A stretch of 64,000 bases of DNA from Desulfocurvus sp. (GTDB lineage: Bacteria > Desulfobacterota > Desulfovibrionia > Desulfovibrionales > Desulfovibrionaceae): positions 67,933 through 131,932 of the forward strand of contig JAIMKR010000006.1 of the NCBI GenBank assembly GCA_020692325.1, read 5' to 3'. A program made the translations under genes and the position numbers. This document shows positions 50,003 through 59,888 of this stretch, piece by piece (position 1 is the first letter of the stretch; each line of letters opens with the position of its first letter). A model generated the notes under the pieces. It saw only the letters and a program-made list of their open reading frames with translations, was not told where the DNA came from and ran no database searches.

Positions 50003-50167
50003 GATCCGCCCTCCTTGCCGCGCGACGGCGACGGTTCTCCGGTTCTGGCCTGAGGGTGGCCCGGAGACGCGCGCATGTCAACGCCGGCGCGGGCGCGAAA
50101 AAAGGCCGCCCGGCGGGGGGGACGCCAGGCGGCCGGAACGGGCTGAGGGTTGGTCGTGGCGGGTCTG

Positions 50168-50737
50168 CTACGCCACGCTCACCTCGCCCTGGGCGATCTC
50201 GCGGCGAACGTCCTCGAGGTCGATGACCACGGGGTCGATCATGTTGTGGCCCCCGCGCTCGCCCCAGGAATAGTCATTGGCGAAATGGCCGTCGTAACGC
50301 ACGTCGTCCACGATGTAGAAACCGTTCTGATGCAGCAGGCGGTCCCAACGGTGGACGAAGAAGTCGAACTTCTTCGGGTCGAAGTTCTGCACGTCGATCC
50401 AATGCCAAGTGAGAGAACAGACCTCGTCGTCATACCCCATGAGGGCGAGGAAACGCGCCTTGCTGTCAAGGTACATGCGCCGACGCAGCAGCACGGCGGC
50501 GTCCTTGATGGGCGTGGGATCGAACGGAACCTGCTTGCCGTCCAGGGTCACATCGACAACGGAGTCGTCGCCGAGCTTCATGCCGCAGGTGCAGGTGTTG
50601 CCCTTGCGCCACCACTCCAGGTACTTGGTCTTATAGATCCCCCGCCCTTCCTTGCGGATCTTCTCCGCGGTGGCGGAGGAAACGGGGTGCAGAGCCAGAT
50701 CACAGCAGCGGCCGGTGATGGTGAAGTTGAGATCCAT
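50168..50737 (-). CDS. Hypothetical protein, probably sigma54-controlled
   Basis: GGAGG RBS, strong GC3 bias, CCD and CTC motifs; sigma54 promoter upstream. Confidence 0.75.
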   Translation of the reverse strand: MDLNFTITGRCCDLALHPVSSATAEKIRKEGRGIYKTKYLEWWRKGNTCTCGMKLGDDSVVDVTLDGKQVPFDPTPIKDAAVLLRRRMYLDSKARFLALMGYDDEVCSLTWHWIDVQNFDPKKFDFFVHRWDRLLHQNGFYIVDDVRYDGHFANDYSWGERGGHNMIDPVVIDLEDVRREIAQGEVSVA

Positions 50738-50815
50738 TGCAAGCCTCCAAAAGATTATATGTGCCTGTTCAGGATGACGGGTTGAGCAGACCTTCAACCC
50801 ATTCGCGGGTATAAG

Positions 50816-50831
50816 AGCAACTCCCGGGCCA
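50816..50831 (-). promoter_or_regulatory. sigma54 -24/-12 promoter
   Basis: Minus strand TGGCCCGGGAGTTGCT, GG-N10-GC spacing, about 80 nt upstream of ATG 50737. Confidence 0.7.
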
Positions 50832-50893
50832 AGTCAGTATGGCGTGGATTTTCTTGTGATTATTCTCACAATGCTTTTTCCTCCGCCGCCGGC

Positions 50894-50910
50894 GGACGAA
50901 ATTTGCGTCC
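50894..50910. promoter_or_regulatory. Palindromic 17-bp putative enhancer box
   Basis: GGACGAAATTTGCGTCC; two related copies lie downstream of the regulator. Confidence 0.6.
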
Positions 50911-50987
50911 GTGCCCTTGACCTGATCCCAAAGCGAAGGCAGATTGCGGAAAAGCGGGCGGGAGCCAGGCGACGGGGGGAGATAACA

Positions 50988-52352
50988 GTGCCGCATCAGC
51001 TAGGAAAACCGTTTCCCTGCACATCCCTGTGCTCCTTCATCATGGGGTCCGTGGCCGACGGCATCTTCACCGTGGACCGCGACTGGAACATCATCTTCTT
51101 CAGCAGCAGCGCCGCCGAGATCATCGGCGTGAAGCCGGACGAGGCCGTGGGCCGCAAGTGCTGGGAGGTCTTCCGCACCGAGGACTGCGCCGACCACTGC
51201 GTGCTGCGCCCCTGCATCGCCGAAAACCGCAAGATCAGCGGACGCATCGTGCTGGTGGAGCGCGCCGACGGACTGCGCGTGCCCGTGAGCATCAGCGCCG
51301 CCCCCCTGCGCGACAACGACGGCAATGTCATCGGCGGCGTGGAGAGCTTCCGCGACCTTTCGGCTCCGCCGGGCCAGCGCACCGGCGGAAAAATTCCCAA
51401 GGGCTTCTGCTCACGCGACCCCAACATGGCGGAGATATTGCGCATATTACCGCAAGTCGCCGCCAGCGAGGCCACCGTGCTGCTGCTGGGCGAATCCGGC
51501 ACCGGCAAGGAGTTCTTCGCCCGGGCCATCCATGACCTCTCGGCCCGGCACAAGGGGCCATTCGTGGCCGTGAACTGCGGAGCTCTTCCAGAAAATCTCA
51601 TGGAATCCGAGCTGTTCGGCTACAAGGCCGGAGCCTTCACCGACGCCAAGCGCGACAAGCCCGGACGCTTCCAGCTGGCCGAAGGCGGCACCATCCTCCT
51701 GGACGAGATCGGCGACCTGCCCTTGACCCTGCAAGCCAAGATCCTGCGCGTGCTACAGGAGCGCGAGTACGAGCCGCTCGGCGGCGTCAAGCCGGAATCG
51801 GCCGACGTGCGGGTCATCGCCGCCACCAACCGCGACCTGGAACGCATGGTGGCCGACGGCAGTTTCCGGCAGGACCTCTACTTCCGCCTCAACGTGGTGC
51901 GCATCACCCTGCCGCCCCTGCGCGAGCGCCGCGGTGATATTCCGCTCATCGTGGACAACTGGCTGCGCCACCGCAGAAAGTCCGGCGACCGCGATATCCA
52001 GGGCCTCTCGCCCGAGGCCATGCGCCTGCTCATGGCCCACCCCTTCCCCGGCAACATCCGCGAGCTGGAGAACATCCTCGAATTCGCCAGCATCCTCTGC
52101 CCCGGCGGGCTCATCCAGGTGGAGCATCTGCCGGCGGATGTGCGCGCCTGCGAGCATCTTGGCCCGCCCACGCCCGGCGCCATGACCATGGAGGAGATCC
52201 GCTACCACGCGGCCGTGGAGGCGGTGGAACGCAACGGCGGCAACCGCAACGCCGCCTGCCGTGAGCTGGCCATTTCCAAGGACACGCTGCGGCGCATCCT
52301 CAACAGGCCCGACGAAGCCCCGATGAATGCCGTCGGTCAAACCGCGACGTAA
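50988..52352 (+). CDS. PAS-domain sigma54-dependent activator, OrpR-like
   Basis: PAS with C-X8-C-X3-C (51159-51200), GESGTGKE, GAFTDA, LDEIGD, FPGNIRELEN, C-terminal HTH. Confidence 0.88.
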   Translation: MPHQLGKPFPCTSLCSFIMGSVADGIFTVDRDWNIIFFSSSAAEIIGVKPDEAVGRKCWEVFRTEDCADHCVLRPCIAENRKISGRIVLVERADGLRVPVSISAAPLRDNDGNVIGGVESFRDLSAPPGQRTGGKIPKGFCSRDPNMAEILRILPQVAASEATVLLLGESGTGKEFFARAIHDLSARHKGPFVAVNCGALPENLMESELFGYKAGAFTDAKRDKPGRFQLAEGGTILLDEIGDLPLTLQAKILRVLQEREYEPLGGVKPESADVRVIAATNRDLERMVADGSFRQDLYFRLNVVRITLPPLRERRGDIPLIVDNWLRHRRKSGDRDIQGLSPEAMRLLMAHPFPGNIRELENILEFASILCPGGLIQVEHLPADVRACEHLGPPTPGAMTMEEIRYHAAVEAVERNGGNRNAACRELAISKDTLRRILNRPDEAPMNAVGQTAT

Positions 52353-52391
52353 ATTTCGTCCGCCCGGACACGAAAGAAGCAAATTTCGTCC
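52345..52391. promoter_or_regulatory. Two further 17-bp boxes downstream of the activator
   Basis: Minus strand GGACGAAATTTACGTCG (52345-52361) and GGACGAAATTTGCTTCT (52375-52391). Confidence 0.55.
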
Positions 52392-53123
52392 ACTGTCCGC
52401 GCCCGATGGTTCAAGGGACTTCATCCTCCTGATATCTAGCGGGAAAAAATCTTTCGGCGCATGGTTCCGCCCAGACATGTGTGACATCATGTAAAATAGA
52501 TAGTGCGAGAGATACGCGGCGCATATCGCCATCCATTGGCGCTGCGTTTCACGTTGGTGGCCACGGCCGCGGTATGCCGCCGGTTCTTTCGGCATGACGG
52601 CCGCCATGCCGGCGGGAAACGGCGGTGTCCACGCGGAAAACTGCCAGGACAGGGGATCCCCCGGTTCTCCTTCCCTTACAGGGCGGCAGCGCGACAGCGA
52701 GGGGCCTCCGCCAGCCGAGACTCGGACGGACGTTTCCGAGACGGCCACACTTTCCTTCCCAATTCACTTCCGCCAGGACTGCCTGGATTTCCTCGGCGCC
52801 GCCGCCGGCAAGCCCACCACGAAGCCGCCGACAAGAGGCGGAACAAGGCGGGCGCGGGCGGCTTCCCGCAGGCGTCGAGGCGCGCCACGGTGTATGCCGG
52901 CGCACGTGAGCGTCCGAAGCGCCGACGGAAAAACTTCGCCAATCAGGTATGAAGCGACGGAAGAACGCCGACGCGGTCGGAAGGCAAGCGGGAAGCAGAG
53001 ATCAGACGTGAACGCCCCGGCTCCGTGCCGGAAACATTCGCGGATCGACGCGAGGAACGGGGAACGCCAGGGCGGCCGGGAGACGAGCGAAAAGGCGTGG
53101 GTCGGTGTCCGACCCTTCGCCCC

Positions 53124-54803
53124 TTACGGCAGCGGCGCGGCGGCGAGCGGCATGCGCCAGCCCGAGCCGAAACTGCGCCAGGCGACCTTGATGCCCGGCG
53201 CGGCCTGCCGACGCTTGAACTCCGCGCCCTTGACCAGCCGGCACACGCGGGCCACCACGGCCGGGTCGAAGCCCTGCGCGGCGATCTCGGCGGCCGTCTG
53301 CTGCTTTTCCATGTGCAGGGCCAGGATGGCGTCGAGCACCTCGTAGGGCGGCAGGGAGTCCTCGTCCTTCTGGTCGGGCCGCAGCTCGGCCGACGGGGCC
53401 TTGTCGATGATGGCCTGGGGGATGACGCCGCCACGCAGCAGGTTGATGTGCCGCGCCAGCGCGTAGACCTGGGTCTTGGGCAGGTCGCTGATGACGGCGA
53501 AGCCGCCGGACATGTCGCCGTAGATGGTGCAATAGCCCACGGCCAACTCGCTCTTGTTGCCGGTGGTGAGCAACAGCGCCCCGGTCTTGTTGGACAACGC
53601 CATGAGCAGATTGCCCCGGATGCGCGACTGGATGTTCTCCTCGGTGATGTCCGGCCCGCGCCCCGGCGCGAGTTCGGCGAAGCTGTCGGCCAGCGCGTCC
53701 TCGAACCCGCGCATGAGCGGCCCGATGGAGATGGTGCGCGTTTTGACCCCGAGGTTGCGCGCCAGCTTCAGGGAGTCGTCCACGCTGCCCCGGCTGGACC
53801 ACGGCGAAGGCATGAGCACGCAGCACACGTTCTCCGGTCCGATGGCCTCGGCCGCCACGGCCGCCACCACGGCGGAATCGATGCCGCCGGAGAGTCCCAG
53901 CAAGGCCTTTTTGAAGCCGCATTTGGCGAGGTAGTCGCGCGTGCCCAGCACGAGCGCGCGGAAGGTCTCGGCCGGCGCGGAAAGATCGTCGGCGGGCAAG
54001 GCCTGCGGCTCGTCGCCGAAGAGTTCGGCCACCAGCACGTCCTCGGCGAAGCCCTCGGCCCGGGCCAGCAACGCGCCATTCGCGCCGAACACCGCGCCAC
54101 GGCCGTCAAAAACCAGCTCGTCATTCCCGCCCACTTGGTTGCAGTAGGCCAGCGGAAGCCCGCGTTTCTTGCAGATGGCCGCGAGCATGTCCTGCCGCAG
54201 CGCCTGCTTGCGCAGACTGAAGGGCGAGGCGGAAAGATTGAGCAGGGCGTCCGCGCCGGCGGCGGCCGCCGCTTCGACCGGATCGACGGGATACAGCCGG
54301 TGCGGCCAGTAATCCTTGTCGTTCCAAAGGTCCTCGCAGATGGTGACGCCGAAGCGCCGGCCCCGGTAGTCCACCACGCCGCTTCCCGGCTCGGTCCGGC
54401 CAGGCTCGAAGTAACGCGCCTCGTCGAAGACGTCGTAGGTGGGCAGCAGCGCCTTGCGCACACTCTTGCGCACCAGTCCGTCCTGGCACCACAGGGCTGC
54501 GTTGAACAGGTTCTTGCCCTGGCCGGACGTGTTGGGCTCCGGGCAGCCGACCACCAGCGCCGGCCCCGAGGAATGGCGCTTGAACACACGCAGGGCGAGG
54601 GCGTCGGCCTCGGCGCGGGCGGCGACGGCGAAGCCCGCGTACAGCAACATGTCACGCGGGGGATACCCGGTGAGGGCCAGCTCCGGCGTCAGACACAGCT
54701 CGGCCCCGGCGGCCACGGCCCGGTCGTAGGCTGCCTCCACGCGGGCGGCGTTGCCGGCGATGTCGCCCACCATGGGGTTGATCTGCAGCAGCCCGATGCG
54801 CAT
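53124..54803 (-). CDS. nadE: Glutamine-dependent NAD+ synthetase
   Basis: PELALTGYPPRD, LPTYDVFDE.RYF, ICEDLW, GLSGGIDS, ENIQSRIRG, GNKSE..VGY, PSAELRPDQ.D. Confidence 0.96.
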   Translation of the reverse strand: MRIGLLQINPMVGDIAGNAARVEAAYDRAVAAGAELCLTPELALTGYPPRDMLLYAGFAVAARAEADALALRVFKRHSSGPALVVGCPEPNTSGQGKNLFNAALWCQDGLVRKSVRKALLPTYDVFDEARYFEPGRTEPGSGVVDYRGRRFGVTICEDLWNDKDYWPHRLYPVDPVEAAAAAGADALLNLSASPFSLRKQALRQDMLAAICKKRGLPLAYCNQVGGNDELVFDGRGAVFGANGALLARAEGFAEDVLVAELFGDEPQALPADDLSAPAETFRALVLGTRDYLAKCGFKKALLGLSGGIDSAVVAAVAAEAIGPENVCCVLMPSPWSSRGSVDDSLKLARNLGVKTRTISIGPLMRGFEDALADSFAELAPGRGPDITEENIQSRIRGNLLMALSNKTGALLLTTGNKSELAVGYCTIYGDMSGGFAVISDLPKTQVYALARHINLLRGGVIPQAIIDKAPSAELRPDQKDEDSLPPYEVLDAILALHMEKQQTAAEIAAQGFDPAVVARVCRLVKGAEFKRRQAAPGIKVAWRSFGSGWRMPLAAAPLP

Positions 54804-54823
54804 GAGGCCTCCCGGCGGGAATT

Positions 54824-55906
54824 TCAGGAGCGCCCGGCAGGCGGCTCGGCTGACGGGATGTTGGGCGAAACGCCGGACGAAGCGTCCGAAACCGTGGCCG
54901 GCTCCGGCGCGGCGCAGGCGGGCGTCTTGCGCGTGGTCACGATTTCGCGCACCTTGAACGGCATGACCCCGGCGACGGCGTCGTGGGTGTTCACCAGAAT
55001 CTCCAGAATGAGGCCGCTGCTCATGAACCCGAGGGACGCGAGGTACAGCAGCACGGCCCCGAGGAACGGCGGCCGGGTGCCCATGTGCTCGCCCAGGAAG
55101 ATCTTGCCATAGAGCAGCCAGCACATCACCGCGCTGGCGATGGCGAACAGCCACAGGCTGATGCGGCCGAAAAGATACACCGGCCGCTGCTTGTAGGAGT
55201 TCTGGAACCACAGCAGCACGATGTCGAACAGCACGTCGATGCTGCGACCGATGCCGTAGTGGCTCTTGCCGGCGAAGCGCGGGGGGGCGCTGGTGGGCAC
55301 CTCGCACACCGCGCCGCCCTGGCCATAGACCAGCGCGGGGATGAGCCGGTGCTGCCCCTCGCGCAGATTGAGGCCGCGAGCCACCTCACCCTTGATACAG
55401 GACAGCCCGCCCATGTCGTGGATGTCGCACTTGCTGGTGGCGCGCATGAGATAGTTGGCCACGAGACTCGGGATGCGCCGAAGGATCAGCGATTCCTGAC
55501 GTTTCTGCCGCATTCCCTTCACCAGGTCATAGCCCTCGGCCATTTTCTCGATGAGCTTGGGCACCTCCTCGGGCGGATGCTGCAAATCGCCGTCCATGAT
55601 GACGACGTAGCGGCCGCAGGAGTGCTGGATGCCGGCGTAGATGGCGATGCACTGGCCGCGATTGCGCGCCAGGAACACGCCAACGAGGTTCGGATCGGTC
55701 TGCGAAAGTTCCCGAATGATCTCCGGGGTCGTATCGGTGCTGCCGTCGTTGACGAGGATGATCTCGTGACTGACGCCCATTTGGCGCAGCACGGCGCTCA
55801 TGCGGCGGTGGAATTCGCGCACGCAGAGTTCCTCGTTGTGCATGGGGGTGACGATGCTCACCTCCACGGGAAATTCGCGGCGGGCGGCGGTGGCGGGTAC
55901 GGGCAT
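54824..55906 (-). CDS. Glycosyltransferase family 2 (ArnC/GtrB-like, polyprenyl-phosphate sugar transferase)
   Basis: VTPMHNEE, VNDGSTD, RNRGQ, MDGDLQHPP, C-terminal TM helices. Confidence 0.9.
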   Translation of the reverse strand: MPVPATAARREFPVEVSIVTPMHNEELCVREFHRRMSAVLRQMGVSHEIILVNDGSTDTTPEIIRELSQTDPNLVGVFLARNRGQCIAIYAGIQHSCGRYVVIMDGDLQHPPEEVPKLIEKMAEGYDLVKGMRQKRQESLILRRIPSLVANYLMRATSKCDIHDMGGLSCIKGEVARGLNLREGQHRLIPALVYGQGGAVCEVPTSAPPRFAGKSHYGIGRSIDVLFDIVLLWFQNSYKQRPVYLFGRISLWLFAIASAVMCWLLYGKIFLGEHMGTRPPFLGAVLLYLASLGFMSSGLILEILVNTHDAVAGVMPFKVREIVTTRKTPACAAPEPATVSDASSGVSPNIPSAEPPAGRS

Positions 55907-55929
55907 TGCTTCCTTCCGTATTGAGGCGG

Positions 55930-56823
55930 TCATCGATTTGCGGCCTTGAGACCGCGGGTGGCCGGGTCCAGCTGGCCATAGTGCACAAGCTTGGCTCCGG
56001 CTTCGGCAAAGGCCTCGCGCCACCCGGGGGCGGCCAGGGCGTCGCGCTCGGCGCGCCACTGCCCGGCTATGCGCATGGGGCCATACTCCGGCGGCGGCGC
56101 CTCGTCGGAGCCATCGCCCACGGGCGCGCCGGGATGGCACACCACCTCCAGCACGTCCGGGCGCACACGCTTCATATACTCGGCGAGCCGCTCGGGCAAC
56201 AGGTCCGCGCCCTGGTCGGCTATGCCGAAAACGCAACGCGGGCAGGCCACGCCCCGGCGCGACGCCGGCGGGTGCGCCAGGGCGAAAACATTCAGCACGC
56301 GCGCGCGCAGCGCCCCCTTGTCCCAACGGGAAAACGCCACATGCTCCACCGGGCGGCGCACCCAGCCGATGCCGAAGCGCCGGGCCACACGGCAGGCGGC
56401 CTCGAACAACCCGGGCCAGACGTGGATGTGCTTCTCCGAATCGAGGTGCGTGGGCATGACGCCCATCTCGTGGGCGCGCTCCACCTGCCGCGTCCATTCG
56501 CGCTCAACGTCGGTGGGGGTGAAGGCGCGGGAGACGTAGCGCTTGAACAGGGCCACGTAGTCGCCCAGGAACATGCCATCCGGCCCCACCAGTCCGGGGA
56601 TCTCGCAAGCCGGGCTCTCGGGCTTGCCGCGCAGGATGTTCAGATGCACGCCCACGCCGATGGAGCCCGGTCCAGTGGTGGAGAGCCGGGCGGCGGCGCG
56701 AGCGTCGGGACCGTTGACGAGCAGCGTGGTGGAGCTGACGCGGGAAAGCCCGGCCAAATCCTCCACGGCCCGACGCACGGCGGGCGAGAGACCCAGATCA
56801 TCCACATTCACCACGACAAACAT
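55930..56823 (-). CDS. ChbG/HpnK (YdjC) family deacetylase
   Basis: VNVDDLG, GVHLNI, HLDSEKHIH, EVVCHPG. Confidence 0.85.
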   Translation of the reverse strand: MFVVVNVDDLGLSPAVRRAVEDLAGLSRVSSTTLLVNGPDARAAARLSTTGPGSIGVGVHLNILRGKPESPACEIPGLVGPDGMFLGDYVALFKRYVSRAFTPTDVEREWTRQVERAHEMGVMPTHLDSEKHIHVWPGLFEAACRVARRFGIGWVRRPVEHVAFSRWDKGALRARVLNVFALAHPPASRRGVACPRCVFGIADQGADLLPERLAEYMKRVRPDVLEVVCHPGAPVGDGSDEAPPPEYGPMRIAGQWRAERDALAAPGWREAFAEAGAKLVHYGQLDPATRGLKAANR

Positions 56824-57033
56824 AGCTGATATGCTACCCCGTGGCCGAGCGAAGGTAAAGCGCGCGTCCCCCCGCCTTGCGCGAAGCGCGCCGAACAACC
56901 TTCGGAACGCGGCGGGCACTCGCTTTGCGCCATTTTTCACTGGTAAATTCCGGCGAGTTCCGGTATTCCATATCAAAAATCGCCCCATCGCAGGGCAGGG
57001 CCGCCCCGGGCCGACACCGCTAAGGAGGAAGGC

Positions 57034-57684
57034 ATGCTCATCGAAAACTGGATGTCCAAGGACGTTGTGACCGGCGCGCCGGAAATGTCCATGATGAAGG
57101 CGTCGAAGATCATGAAGGACAAGGGCATCGGCCGCTTGCCCGTGGTGGATGACAAGGGCGTCATCGTCGGCCTCGTGTCCGACCGCGACATCAAGGAGGC
57201 CTCCCCCTCCAAGGCCACCACGCTCGACATGCACGAGCTGTACTATCTGCTCTCGGAGATCAAGCTCAAGGACATCATGACCAAGAAGGTCGTCACCGTG
57301 CGCACCAACGAGACCATCGAGCGCGCGGCTGAGCTGATGCTGGAGCACAACATCGGCGGCATGCCCGTGGTCGATGACGACAACAAGGTCGTCGGCGTCA
57401 TCACGGACTCGGACATCTTCAAGGTGCTGGTGCGCATCACCGGCGTCATGGAGGGCGGGGTGCAGATCGGCGTGAAGCTGTCCAACAGCCCCGGCGGTCT
57501 GGTTCCCGTGCTGGACTACCTGAAGGATCACGGCGCGCGGTTGATGAGCCTGCTCACCTCCTGCGAGCCGGCGGATGAGAACCTGCGCGAGGTGTACATC
57601 CGCATCCGCGACATGGACAAGTCCGCGCTCAACGCCCTGAAGGAAGGCCTGAGCAAGGAATTCCACGTCCTCTACTGGGTGTAA
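57034..57684 (+). CDS. CBS-pair plus ACT-domain protein (AcuB-like)
   Basis: Two CBS domains (LPVVD..VSDRDIK; MPVVD..ITDSDIFK), C-terminal ACT-like domain. Confidence 0.88.
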   Translation: MLIENWMSKDVVTGAPEMSMMKASKIMKDKGIGRLPVVDDKGVIVGLVSDRDIKEASPSKATTLDMHELYYLLSEIKLKDIMTKKVVTVRTNETIERAAELMLEHNIGGMPVVDDDNKVVGVITDSDIFKVLVRITGVMEGGVQIGVKLSNSPGGLVPVLDYLKDHGARLMSLLTSCEPADENLREVYIRIRDMDKSALNALKEGLSKEFHVLYWV

Positions 57685-57746
57685 CCGCGAATTTCACGAC
57701 TTTGGGAAGAGAGGGGTCTTACCCCTGGGGCCGGGGGGTTGCAGCT

Positions 57747-57773
57747 CCCGGCCTTTTTATTTGGGAGGCCGGG
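57747..57773 (+). terminator. Hairpin downstream of the CBS gene
   Basis: cccggcct...aggccggg. Confidence 0.4.
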
Positions 57774-58292
57774 ATTGAACGCGAAAGGGGTACGGCTCAA
57801 CTGTGCGCGGCAGGATGCCACCGGCATCGCGGGCGGAACTCACCACGAGCCGCACGGCCTCATCCACGGTCTCGGAATTCAAAAATGTCGCGCAACATTC
57901 TGATCGAGCAGGACAAAGTCCGTCCCTTCGGCTAGCGTGCGACAGGCTCCGCCGGACCCCGCCGGAAAAAGCATGTTTCCATCAGGGGCCGGGCAGTCAA
58001 TCCTGCTCATACGCTTTTCTCGCGTTGGCGATCGGGCGCATATGGACAATACGGATGACGCCGCTTCGCCCACGAGCCCCCTACCAATAATCTCCGCACA
58101 CTATCCCCGCGCTAGCGTGTCCAATCGCGATGAATCGATCAGCGCCAAGGAAATATCCTTCATCCCCACTGAGACGCGGGAGAAAAATTTCCGAACGCCT
58201 CCGACACCTCGGCAAACTTCATTCCAGGCTTTTTCGGATTCTTCGCACCCGGGGCGGAATCGCATTCAAAAGTCCCCTCAGTCCCCCCTGCC

Positions 58293-59888
58293 TTACTCCG
58301 CCATGATGCCGTAGCCCTTGAGCTTGCGGTAGAGCGAGCTGCGGTCCAGGCCCACGACCTCGGCCAGCCGCGAGACGTTGCCGCCGCACTCGTGCAGCTT
58401 GGCCTCCAGGAATTTGGCCTCAAAGGCCGCGCGCGCTTCCTTGAGGTCCAGCGGTCCGGCGGGGAAGCTCTCGGGGATGAGCGGATCGTCCTCGCAGCCG
58501 CCGGCGGGAGGGGCCGGGACGCCGGGAGATTGCGGCGCGCCCGCCGCGGCGGGTGCGGCCAGTCCAGACGCGGCGTATGCCGGCGCGGAGTAGCCCGCAT
58601 CGGGTGGCAGGCCAGTGGACGGCGGCGCAAACGTTCCGGCCGGCGCGACGGGCACGACCGTTTGCGCGGGACGCGCAGCGGGGGCGAACCCCTCCGCGCT
58701 GACACGGCATTCGGCCAGGATCTCGCGCGGGAGTTTGTCCGGCGTCACGTCGCGGCCGTTCATGATGATGAGCATCCGCTCCACGAAATTCTTGAGTTCC
58801 CGCACGTTGCCGGGCCAGCGATACGCCGCCAGCACGGCCAGCGCCTCGGGCGTGAAGCGCGCGCTCTTGCAGCCGCCGCGCCGGGCCAGCTGCCCGATGA
58901 AGTCCTCGATGAGCAGGGGGATGTCCGCAGCGCGCTCGCGCAGGGGGGGCACCGCCAGCGGGAACACCTTGAGGCGGTAGTACAAGTCCTCGCGGAAGTT
59001 GCCGGCGCGTATCTCGGCCGGAAGGTCCTTGTTGGTGGCGGCAATGACGCGCACGTCCACCTCGATGGTCTTGCGGCCGCCCACGTGCTCAAAACGTTGC
59101 TCCTGCAAAATGCGCAGAATCTTCGCCTGCGTCTTCAGGCTCATGTCGCCGATCTCGTCGAGGAACAGCGTGCCCTTGTCCGCCAGCTCGAACTTGCCCA
59201 TCTGGGCGCGGTCCGCGCCGGTGAAGGCCCCGCGCTCGTGGCCAAAAAGCTCGCTTTCGATGAGCTCCTCGGGGATGGCGGCGCAGTTGACGGCCACCAG
59301 CGGCTGACCGGCGCGGCGGCTTTGGGCGTGCAGCAGCCGCGCGGCGATCTCCTTGCCGGTGCCGTTCTCGCCGGTGATGAGCACCCAGGCGTCGGTGGGG
59401 GCCACCTGCCCGATCTGCTCCTTGAGTTCGCGCATGGCCGGGCTCTCGCCGGTGAGGTGCACCTCGGCCTGGCCGGCCAGGGTCTGCCGCAGGGCCAGAT
59501 TCTCGCGCTTGAGCTGGGCGAACTCCAGGGCCTTTTGCGCGGCCAGCACCACCTTTTCCAGGGAGAGCGGCTTCTCGATGAAGTCGAACGCGCCCTTTTT
59601 GAGCGCCGCCACGGCGGTTTCGATGGTGCCGTGGCCGGAGATCATGACCACGGGCAGGTCCGGCCGCACCTGCTTCATGCGCTCCAGAACGGCCAGCCCA
59701 TCGAGCCCCGGCAGCCAGATGTCCAGGAACACGAGGTCCGCGCTGTCGCCGCCCTCCAGCAGTTCCAGTCCGGCCTCACCGTTGTCCGCCTCGGTCACGG
59801 CGAAGCCCTCATCCTCAAGAATGCCCTTGAGCGAGAACCGGATGCCGTCCTCGTCGTCGATCACCAGAACATTGCCCAGCGCCGTCAT
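58293..59888 (-). CDS. sigma54-dependent response regulator (NtrX/NtrC family)
   Basis: IDDE..DIWLP receiver, GENGTGKE, GAFTGA, WPGNVRELKN, C-terminal HTH. Confidence 0.93.
   Translation of the reverse strand: MTALGNVLVIDDEDGIRFSLKGILEDEGFAVTEADNGEAGLELLEGGDSADLVFLDIWLPGLDGLAVLERMKQVRPDLPVVMISGHGTIETAVAALKKGAFDFIEKPLSLEKVVLAAQKALEFAQLKRENLALRQTLAGQAEVHLTGESPAMRELKEQIGQVAPTDAWVLITGENGTGKEIAARLLHAQSRRAGQPLVAVNCAAIPEELIESELFGHERGAFTGADRAQMGKFELADKGTLFLDEIGDMSLKTQAKILRILQEQRFEHVGGRKTIEVDVRVIAATNKDLPAEIRAGNFREDLYYRLKVFPLAVPPLRERAADIPLLIEDFIGQLARRGGCKSARFTPEALAVLAAYRWPGNVRELKNFVERMLIIMNGRDVTPDKLPREILAECRVSAEGFAPAARPAQTVVPVAPAGTFAPPSTGLPPDAGYSAPAYAASGLAAPAAAGAPQSPGVPAPPAGGCEDDPLIPESFPAGPLDLKEARAAFEAKFLEAKLHECGGNVSRLAEVVGLDRSSLYRKLKGYGIMAE

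Noticed and set aside
50839-50856. Plus-strand sigma54-like TGGCGTGGATTTTCTT, and TGGCGCTGCGTTTCAC at about 52537
   Set aside because: Both lack the invariant -12 GC
57885-57935. 16-codon ORF MSRNILIEQDKVRPFG in the 600-bp CBS/NtrX gap
   Set aside because: Weak RBS, no recognisable motif and no supporting signal; cannot be told from chance
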